Origin: a virus
IMG/VR virus record: IMGVR_UViG_3300010165_000001
Location: 1-64,000 of that record
Direction: 5' to 3' (one strand)
Length of the DNA stretch: 64,000 nucleotides
The notes under the pieces were generated by a model. The model worked only from the letters and a program-made list of their open reading frames with translations. It was not told the origin of the DNA and did no database searches. Position numbers and translations under genes: made by a program. Positions 25,510 to 32,179 of the stretch are shown here, piece after piece; position 1 is the first letter of the stretch; each line of letters begins with the position of its first letter.

Positions 25510-25743
25510 AACTAATTTCCAGTTGATATCTGAAATGTATTCCTCTAGGTCTTCCAAAGTTTCTGCAAATTTGATTGATTGTAGAGTATCAGAAGTTACC
25601 ACAACCGCTTCTGTGTCATGAATTTCATTGTCTAAGATATTATTGTCTATGTGGTCGATATACTCCCAAATTAGGGCGTGCTTTACGCTCTCAAGTGTTG
25701 CTATACTAATTACGATTTGGTTTTCTTGGTTTAATAATTTCAT
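25507..25743 (-). CDS. acidic small protein
   Basis: ATG 25743, 10 nt after GGGA; track TTG start 25752 rejected. Confidence 0.65.
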   Translation of the reverse strand: MKLLNQENQIVISIATLESVKHALIWEYIDHIDNNILDNEIHDTEAVVVTSDTLQSIKFAETLEDLEEYISDINWKLV

Positions 25744-25747
25744 TTGT

Positions 25748-25825
25748 ATCAATTCCCTTCTTATTTGTTACACTAAGTATATCATGGTTACAAGTTACTG
25801 TCAATAGTTTTTTTAAACTTTTTTA
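25748..25825. repeat. 78-bp promoter+leader cassette, copy 2
   Basis: See 25432-25509. Confidence 0.9.
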
Positions 25826-26033
25826 TTTCTTTTTTCTAGGTGTTTTGCTTCCTTAACTTGTTAATACAAGTATATCATGAAGCGGTTATTGTGTCAACAA
25901 TTTTTTAAAAGTTTTTTAACTTCTTTTTTTAAGTGTTCCGCTTCCTTACTACACTCTATATATTACAGTATAATGATATAAAAGTCAATAGATTTTTGAA
26001 ACTTTTTTAAATAAATTATTTTGAAGAAAGGTA

Positions 26034-26062
26034 TTGACAAACCGTAGGAATTATTATATAAT
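26034..26062 (+). promoter_or_regulatory. consensus sigma-A promoter on the plus strand with no ORF downstream
   Basis: TTGACA-17-TATAAT. Confidence 0.7.
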
Positions 26063-26213
26063 GGAAGTGGACGGTTATTTTTTTATAAAAAAGGACGGAC
26101 TCCCCCCGAAACCCCTTCTTTGGTCTTGGGCTCCTTAACCTTATATCTATATTATACTATGTATTGTAAGAATTGTCAACACTTTTTATAAACTTTTTTA
26201 ATTAATTTAAGTA

Positions 26214-26242
26214 TTGACAACCAGTAGCAAAATTGATATAAT
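26214..26242 (+). promoter_or_regulatory. consensus extended -10 promoter on the plus strand with no ORF downstream
   Basis: TTGACA-17-(TGa)TATAAT. Confidence 0.7.
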
Positions 26243-26248
26243 TAAGAT

Positions 26249-26398
26249 GATACCATAAAATACCTATAATTTTTTTATATAATATTATTTTTATACTAAA
26301 ATTATCGTTCACTTCATTATCTCAAAAATATTCACATTTGTCAAGCCCTAATTTAAAATAAAATAACCGCTTCAAGAATTTAATCCGAAGCGGTTTAT
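26249..26398 (+). ncRNA. candidate ~150-nt sRNA (promoter 26214 to hairpin 26365-26395)
   Basis: No ORF above 3 codons; contains the complement of the early-leader motif (26264-26283); inference only. Confidence 0.25.
26365..26395 (-). terminator. terminator hairpin using the GAAGCGGTT stem
   Basis: AACCGCTTC/GAAGCGGTT; minus sense followed by ATTTTATTTT. Confidence 0.7.
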
Positions 26399-26407
26399 AT
26401 AAATTTT

Positions 26408-26788
26408 TTATTTCATGATATTTAGTAATGTTGTATGTAATTCTTCAATATCTGATTGGTCTACAATGTACAATACACCGTTAATCTTGATGCTTATAGC
26501 TTCTTGTCCGTAAACTTCAATTAAACGTCTTACAATTCCTTTTAATTCAACTGTCATGAATTTTGCATTGTCTTGCATGTAGTACCATTCAAGATTTAAG
26601 TTGTTATCTTCCATGATACGTTTTTCATCTTCTGAATACCATTGACCTTTGATTTCTGTTATTGTACATCCGCCCGCTTCTATTGTGATACTATTTACAT
26701 ACTCTTGAATACGTTTGTCCGCAATTTCCACGCCGTTGTTATCCTCTTTAGGTATAATAATCTCAATTTTATTTTGTAGTTTAAACAT
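26408..26788 (-). CDS. hypothetical protein
   Basis: ATG 26788, 10 nt after AAGGA; earlier TTG/ATG are too close to the SD. Confidence 0.7.
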   Translation of the reverse strand: MFKLQNKIEIIIPKEDNNGVEIADKRIQEYVNSITIEAGGCTITEIKGQWYSEDEKRIMEDNNLNLEWYYMQDNAKFMTVELKGIVRRLIEVYGQEAISIKINGVLYIVDQSDIEELHTTLLNIMK

Positions 26789-26884
26789 TTTCATCAATTC
26801 CTTTTCTCTTTGATTTGTTAATACAAGTATATCATCTATATGCTAGATTGTCAACAGTTTTTTTAAACTTTTTTTTACTAGGTT

Positions 26885-26950
26885 GGAAGCGGTTTGACCG
26901 CTTCCCTTACCTTACAATTTAATAATAACATGCTAGGTCTTGAAAGTCAA
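26885..26950 (-). promoter_or_regulatory. orphan promoter + stem-loop unit
   Basis: TTGACT (rc 26945-50)-17-TATTAT, then GGAAGCGGT-ttg-ACCGCTTCC 26885-26905; no ORF before the next promoter. Confidence 0.55.
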
Positions 26951-26959
26951 GCCTTTTTA

Positions 26960-27211
26960 TTAAAAGTTTTCAATTTCTTTTTTAGTCATTTTATCATGAC
27001 CATGTTGCATAATAAATTCGTTCACATGTCTTGCAGTAGTTTGTGAGTAGTAACCAATTTCTACAATGTTATTGTTTTCATCTAATTCACAAACATCTGT
27101 GTTATAGCTTGTTAAAATCTTGTGACCGTTGTCCAATACGTCTACGACTGCTTTTCCGTAAAAACTTTTTTGTGTACTGTAAATGCTTTCTAATTTGTAT
27201 GTGTTATTCAT
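26960..27211 (-). CDS. hypothetical small protein
   Basis: ORF; AAGGAATTGAT leader. Confidence 0.7.
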   Translation of the reverse strand: MNNTYKLESIYSTQKSFYGKAVVDVLDNGHKILTSYNTDVCELDENNNIVEIGYYSQTTARHVNEFIMQHGHDKMTKKEIENF

Positions 27212-27310
27212 AATTAATCAATTCCTTTTCTGTTTTATTTGTTATCTTAATAATATCATGGTTTCAAGTTACTGTCAATAGTTTTTTTTAAACTTTTTTT
27301 ATTTAGGTTA

Positions 27311-27375
27311 GAAGCGGTTTGACCGCTTCCCTTACCTTACAATTTAATAATATCATGTAGTGCTTAAGTTGTCAA
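27311..27375 (-). promoter_or_regulatory. orphan promoter + stem-loop unit (second copy)
   Basis: TTGACA (rc 27370-75)-17-TATTAT, then GAAGCGGT-ttg-ACCGCTTC 27311-27329; ~70 bp similar to 26885-26950. Confidence 0.55.
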
Positions 27376-27378
27376 CAC

Positions 27379-27510
27379 TTATTTTGAATATTTTACAATT
27401 TTATTTGCTTTTAGAAATGTAACATCTTGACGGTAGTTTTTTAATTCTTCTGCAAATCTTTCATTATTTTTCATTCCGATTAAGTTTAAAGTTGTTGTAA
27501 TTTTTTTCAT
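27379..27510 (-). CDS. 43-aa basic peptide (not in track)
   Basis: MKKITTTLNLIGMKNNERFAEELKNYRQDVTFLKANKIVKYSK; AAGGAATTGAT leader and own promoter (rc -35 27572-77). Confidence 0.45.
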   Translation of the reverse strand: MKKITTTLNLIGMKNNERFAEELKNYRQDVTFLKANKIVKYSK

Positions 27511-27580
27511 TTTTCATCAATTCCTTTTCTGTTTGATTTGTTACCTTAATATTAACACGTTGTTTCTAGGTTGTCAATAG

Positions 27581-27727
27581 TTATCTAATAAAAATATTTA
27601 TATTATCTTGAATTCTGATAAGATAATCAATTGTAACAACAATTCCAGTAGTACCGAATAAAGTAACTAGCTTGTCTGTCAGTGGTGTAGATTTATATTT
27701 TTTATTATTGAATTTAAATTTTATCAT
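27581..27727 (-). CDS. 48-aa peptide (not in track)
   Basis: SD AGGAGGT 8 nt upstream; own promoter (rc -35 27784-89). Confidence 0.55.
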   Translation of the reverse strand: MIKFKFNNKKYKSTPLTDKLVTLFGTTGIVVTIDYLIRIQDNINIFIR

Positions 27728-27792
27728 TTTGTGTTACCTCCTAATTAATTTGTATCTAAATTATAACATACAGTAAATAAAACTGTCAAACA

Positions 27793-27867
27793 TTAATTTT
27801 TATTTTTTTCTTCCATGTAACCATAAATAAAAGCACTCATCATCACAAAACCAAATATAAATATCAT
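27793..27867 (-). CDS. 24-aa hydrophobic peptide (not in track)
   Basis: MIFIFGFVMMSAFIYGYMEEKNKN; SD AAGGAG; own promoter (rc -35 27920-25). Confidence 0.3.
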   Translation of the reverse strand: MIFIFGFVMMSAFIYGYMEEKNKN

Positions 27868-28114
27868 TTCTTTCAACTCCTTATCTTGTATCTAAACTAT
27901 AACATATAATACTAAATAAAGTCAAACATTAATTTTAAGCCCTAGAGAGCAAAGAGAAGTCCATTCTGTATACATTCAATAATAATTAGGATAAATACAT
28001 CATATAATAGAAGAAACTAAATAAACACACTCCAAAGTACCCTGTATAAGATAATACAATGAAGCGGTTAAAATAGAGCATAAAAAAATAATTTAAAAAA
28101 GTTTTAAAAACCTA

Positions 28115-28143
28115 TTGCAATTTATATCAAACTGTAGTATCAT
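28115..28143 (+). promoter_or_regulatory. plus-strand promoter with UP tract, no ORF downstream
   Basis: TTGCAA-17-TATCAT preceded by AAAAAAGTTTTAAAAACCTA. Confidence 0.6.
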
Positions 28144-28149
28144 TATAAG

Positions 28150-28225
28150 TGAAGTAAGAAAGAGGAGACCAGCCTGATAACCTCTATAAACCTCGGATAG
28201 GTTGGGGAGAAGGCACCCCCTAAAC
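28150..28225 (+). ncRNA. candidate structured sRNA (three adjacent GC-rich hairpins)
   Basis: AGAGG/CCTCT 28161-85, AACCT/AGGTT 28189-203, GGGG/CCCC 28204-19 in AT-rich DNA; strand uncertain because an antisense promoter sits at 28356. Confidence 0.25.
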
Positions 28226-28386
28226 TCATTTAAGTAGTAGACAACTCTATAAATTATTTATATAATTCCCCTAGAATACAATTGAACACAATATAAAAAC
28301 TTTTTTATATATAAAAAAGTCATCTCACTTTAATTATACACCTATTTTAACCACTTGTCAATACCCAATTTTACACTATTTTGTTA

Positions 28387-28415
28387 TTGACATTCATGCC
28401 GAATTTTGATATAAT
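28387..28415 (+). promoter_or_regulatory. consensus extended -10 promoter on the plus strand, no ORF downstream
   Basis: TTGACA-17-(TGa)TATAAT. Confidence 0.7.
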
Positions 28416-28954
28416 GGAATTGATGACCTAAAATACCTATAATTTTTTTATATAATACTATTTGAATAGAAGCGGATGCAATATATTAATTACTGAATAA
28501 GGTTGCCCGATTCATATCTGTAGCAAATCCTTTAGTCAATTAATACGTTACCATATTAAAGTAAACTATATAATTTTTTTTATATAATAACAAATGAATA
28601 GAAGAGGTCATAAACTAATAACTATTGAATAATGTTATATACAACTATATAATTTTTTTATATAATAACAAATGAATACAACCGCTTCAAATACTATAAG
28701 AATATTATACAATTGATTACAAGCCATTAGCCAACGAATACAATTCATTAACTATTCATTAGTACACAATATAATATCATTAGCATTGATTAGCCCACAA
28801 TTAGATAGTAAAATTATAGAATAAAATAAGTATTGAAGCGGACACAATACAATAACTATTGAATAATGTTTACTACAATAAGTTAAAAAGTTTAATAGGT
28901 GGGTAGGCAATATAAATATAATGTTATCTTATGGGGTGGTTAAAGAATTCCCAG

Positions 28955-29194
28955 GTTCTAATATATTTTAGTTATTCTATATTTTAGTTATTCTATAAAT
29001 TATTTATTCTATAATAAAGTTATCCTATAATAAAATTATACAATATAAAGGTTAAATAGTTCCTGTAGTATCTTATAATAAAGTTATTCTATAAATAAGT
29101 TAATCAATAAATAAATTAATCAATAAATAAATTAATCAATATTAAGGTTATTCAATTTTTCTTTTATTCTATACAGTAATTAATATATAATTTT
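28955..29194. repeat. degenerate 16-bp tandem array, ~15 units (consensus GTTATTCTATAAATAA)
   Basis: Units in register every 16 bp from 28955 or 28971 to 29178 or 29194, including three near-perfect TTAATCAATAAATAAA units at 29100-29147. Confidence 0.85.
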
Positions 29195-29221
29195 TTTATA
29201 TAAATTTAAACAAATAAAAAA

Positions 29222-29243
29222 CCCTAGGAATCTAATCCCAGGG
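29222..29243 (-). terminator. rho-independent terminator
   Basis: CCCTGGGA/TCCTAGGG stem (one G-U) then T6 in minus sense. Confidence 0.7.
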
Positions 29244-29267
29244 AATTCTATAATTTTTTTATATTAT

Positions 29268-29504
29268 TTAAATATATTGTTTTAATTCTTGCATATTATG
29301 AGAAACTTTTTTACTAACATAATAATTAGATAATTTTTTTATAATTTCCCACTGTTCGTTTATTTCATCTACAATAATAAATTCGTTATTATTTAATTCA
29401 TATACTATAGGTTCATCATAAACATATAATAAATTTTCCAATTCATTTTCATTTGGTTCAGTTGTAATCAATTCATTTTCTAATACATAATAATTTTTTG
29501 TCAT
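29268..29504 (-). CDS. hypothetical small acidic protein
   Basis: ORF; AAAGGATTGAT leader preceded by motif copy. Confidence 0.7.
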   Translation of the reverse strand: MTKNYYVLENELITTEPNENELENLLYVYDEPIVYELNNNEFIIVDEINEQWEIIKKLSNYYVSKKVSHNMQELKQYI

Positions 29505-29533
29505 TTTAAATCAATCCTTTTTTTATAATTTTT

Positions 29534-29800
29534 TTATATTTCTAACATTGCATTTAAATCTTCTAACACTTCAATAATATAATTATGAAATAATATAGGT
29601 GTAACATTAGAATTTTTATATAACTTTTCTTCATCTGTTATAATTGCATTATTTAATGCTATGCTATCTTGAATTTGAAAATAATTATTTAATTCTTTTA
29701 ATTCATTTAAAGTTACATCATAATTGAGTGCAATTCTATTTATTTCTTCATCAGTTCCAAAAAGTACAATTTTAATAATTTCATTTAATTTTTTATTCAT
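29534..29800 (-). CDS. hypothetical small protein
   Basis: Internal ATG 29800 after GGGA SD; track start 29932 would overlap the upstream gene and its hairpin. Confidence 0.6.
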   Translation of the reverse strand: MNKKLNEIIKIVLFGTDEEINRIALNYDVTLNELKELNNYFQIQDSIALNNAIITDEEKLYKNSNVTPILFHNYIIEVLEDLNAMLEI

Positions 29801-29849
29801 AATATCATATCCCTTTTTTATAAATTTTTTATTTAATTCAGAAGCGGTT

Positions 29850-30128
29850 TTAATTCTTAACCGCTTCATTATGTCTTGCTTCTGCTTCTGCATGAGTATC
29901 AGGGAAATCGAACGTGCGGACTGTTTTGCCAAATTCTGATGTTACAGTCGTTTTAGTGTGGTAGTAACCAAAGATAGTATATTTTTTATTTGTACGTCTC
30001 TCACCTTTCCAACGTTCATCAATAAAGCTAGTTTTGAATTGGTCATGTGTTAAGTACATTTCTATTGTTTCACCGTCTAAATTTGTGTAAGTCATTTTAA
30101 TTGCTTTCATTTGGTTTAAGTTTGTCAT
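29850..30128 (-). CDS. hypothetical small protein
   Basis: ATG 30128 after AGGATTTGAT; stop lies in GAAGCGGTT hairpin. Confidence 0.65.
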   Translation of the reverse strand: MTNLNQMKAIKMTYTNLDGETIEMYLTHDQFKTSFIDERWKGERRTNKKYTIFGYYHTKTTVTSEFGKTVRTFDFPDTHAEAEARHNEAVKN

Positions 30129-30309
30129 AATAATCAAATCCTATTCTATAATTTTTTTATATAATTCTAATATTCGTTATTTGCTAGGTGGTTTGTCTTA
30201 TTTGTTATCTTAATAATAACATGTATCTTGTAAGCTGTCAATACTTTTCTTTAACTTTTTTAAAAAGTTTTTTTAAGATGTGCTTGATTACCTTACAAAT
30301 ACAATTTTA

Positions 30310-30408
30310 CTACAGTTTGTTTAGTGAGTCAATAGCTTTTTTAAATTCTTTTTGCAATTTCTCAATTTCTTTTTTATCTTGCTTGAGTTTCTTAAGTAGT
30401 AAACTCAT
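30310..30408 (-). CDS. 32-aa Lys-rich helical peptide (not in track)
   Basis: MSLLLKKLKQDKKEIEKLQKEFKKAIDSLNKL; GGGGG SD; own promoter (rc -35 30515-20). Confidence 0.4.
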   Translation of the reverse strand: MSLLLKKLKQDKKEIEKLQKEFKKAIDSLNKL

Positions 30409-30576
30409 AATATATTGCCCCCAATTCTATAATTTTTTTTTATTTAATTTCCTTATTTGCTTAAGTTCCTTTTTGATTACCTTACAAATACTATTATATC
30501 AAGTTATAAGATAATTGCAATAGTTTTTTTAAATTTGGTAGTGCTTTAACGTGGTAAAAGGTTAAAGCACTTTTTT

Positions 30577-30744
30577 TTATTTTGCTACAATCCCATCAAC
30601 TAAAGTTAAACCATTTATTTTTTCAATTATTTTAGTTACGGTAATATTATATTGTGTATCATTTAATTCACTTTCTATATAATCCCCTACAACTAAATTA
30701 TTTTTTTGTACTTTTACGTTTTTTATAATTTGAACAGTTTTCAT
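30577..30744 (-). CDS. 55-aa protein (not in track)
   Basis: SD TAGGAGAA; followed by an 11-bp-stem hairpin. Confidence 0.55.
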   Translation of the reverse strand: MKTVQIIKNVKVQKNNLVVGDYIESELNDTQYNITVTKIIEKINGLTLVDGIVAK

Positions 30745-30786
30745 ATTTTATTTTCTCCTATTCTATAATTTTTTTATTTAAATATA

Positions 30787-31089
30787 TTAATCAAGAATTT
30801 CAATTTGATTAATTATTTTTTGATTTCTAATGATATATAACATTCTATTAATATATAAAAATGTTAAACCGTATTTATGAAACATCGTTCCATATTCTTG
30901 TGGTAACTGTTTTTTAAAAAACTTTTGTTTCTGATAAAACTCAACGTAACCCTGTTTGGTTTGTATAAGTAACTGCAAATATTCGCCTTGTGGTTTACCA
31001 TATACGATATAATTTTCATTACGTCTGTCTATAGCACCATATAAACCAAATACCCCTATTATATTTTGTATATCTTTATTCTTTTTCAA
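30787..31089 (-). CDS. hypothetical protein
   Basis: TTG start after GGAAGGTGA; ~230-nt leader from promoter with rc -35 at 31331-36. Confidence 0.6.
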   Translation of the reverse strand: MKKNKDIQNIIGVFGLYGAIDRRNENYIVYGKPQGEYLQLLIQTKQGYVEFYQKQKFFKKQLPQEYGTMFHKYGLTFLYINRMLYIIRNQKIINQIEILD

Positions 31090-31405
31090 TTAAATCACCT
31101 TCCGTATTTTTTAATAAGTTATCTATTTGTTATCTGTCTAATACTATACATGATATTAATATAAAAAACAACCCCCCAAATTAAAGAAATTTTTTTAGGT
31201 CTTAATTTTTGTTTTATATGGAAGAAACTGGAAATTAAGCAAAAAATAAATAGTATAATTTTTTTATATAATTCTGTATATAAGACAGACAGACCCCTCT
31301 AATTATTATGATAAAGGATAATACCCGATTTGTCAATACACAATTTTACACTTTTTTTAAATTGTCATAAAGTGTAAAATTTCTCATTTAATTTATTTAA
31401 AAGTA

Positions 31406-31433
31406 TTGAAATTATATATCAATCTGCTATAAT
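31406..31433 (+). promoter_or_regulatory. plus-strand promoter for 31492..31773
   Basis: TTGAAA-16-TATAAT, then the shared initial transcribed sequence AGTATTTGTAAGGTAATCAA. Confidence 0.6.
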
Positions 31434-31491
31434 AGTATTTGTAAGGTAATCAAACAACCTTAACAAATTAAATGAAAAGGATTGATATATA

Positions 31492-31773
31492 ATGAAAATT
31501 TACAATGAGGACAACACACAATTAATCGAAGTAATAGACGGATTAGACAACGGTCTAGCAATTAGCCAAACATTTAGAAATAGCACATATGAATTCTATA
31601 AAGAAAATAATAATATTCTTGTAAGATTAGACAGTGAAACAATTGGGCATATTGAGAGAATTCCATATGGCACATATGAACAGTTAAGATTTGAAGATTG
31701 GGACACTGAAAAAATTCTAATAATTGAATGGTTGGATGAGTTAGATGCTTATATTTTTGAATATGAAGTTTAA
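31492..31773 (+). CDS. hypothetical small protein (only plus-strand gene in the early region)
   Basis: ORF; AAAGGATTGAT leader as in the minus-strand genes. Confidence 0.65.
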   Translation: MKIYNEDNTQLIEVIDGLDNGLAISQTFRNSTYEFYKENNNILVRLDSETIGHIERIPYGTYEQLRFEDWDTEKILIIEWLDELDAYIFEYEV

Positions 31774-31794
31774 TATATAAAAAAATTATAGAAT

Positions 31795-31826
31795 ACACTG
31801 GGAATAATATTCCTGGTGTATTTTTT
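31795..31826 (+). terminator. rho-independent terminator
   Basis: ACACTGGGA/TCCTGGTGT stem (G-U pairs) then ATTTTTT. Confidence 0.7.
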
Positions 31827-31868
31827 ATGTTAATTAAATTTTTTTATAGGGCGATATTTCTTCATTCC

Positions 31869-32140
31869 TACTTATGCTTTTTACGATTTGATAAAAGTTA
31901 GAATATACTTATGCTTTTTACGTTTTCAATTTACTTCTAAATATGAATTGGAAATACTAGAAACATACTTAGGCTTTTTTACGATTGGACAAAACCTCAT
32001 TCCTACTTGTCTTTTTTACGTTTTGATATTTCTTTATTCATACTTATGATTTTTACTCTTACAGAGACACTACAGAGTGGTCTCCTTGGACTTCATTTCA
32101 TTTTAGGATTAATCCTACCTTCTTTATTCATACTTGTCTA
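31869..32140. repeat. six degenerate TACTTRKSTTTTTACG-type repeats
   Basis: Copies start near 31869, 31906, 31966, 32004, 32041, 32131. Confidence 0.6.
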
Positions 32141-32179
32141 AAACAAGCTCCTATTATCTCTCTGATTAAACATAAAAAA

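Noticed and set aside
28437-28880. Micro-ORFs of 6-14 codons inside the ~70-bp repeat units (for example MNRRGHKLITIE)
   Set aside because: The frames and stops are not conserved between repeat copies and no SD spacing fits. The similarity is at DNA level only.
11013-29932. Longer N-terminal extensions given by the track (starts at 11013, 14482, 17347, 20242, 20986 on the plus strand; 29932, 37137, 37398, 46167, 50057 on the minus strand)
   Set aside because: The extended starts lie inside promoter hexamers or terminator hairpins, or overlap the upstream gene. An internal ATG with a well-spaced AGGAGG-type SD exists in every case.
30188-30514. 108-aa plus-strand ORF
   Set aside because: It runs across three minus-strand promoters, a leader motif copy and the small minus-strand gene 30310..30408. 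Its translation is low-complexity (F/L/S/I/C) and it has no SD.
25430-31900. Possibility that the dense repeats are a CRISPR array
   Set aside because: The repeat units are promoters, leaders or A/T motifs of differing lengths and spacing. The 16-bp tandem array has no spacers. No cas genes are present.
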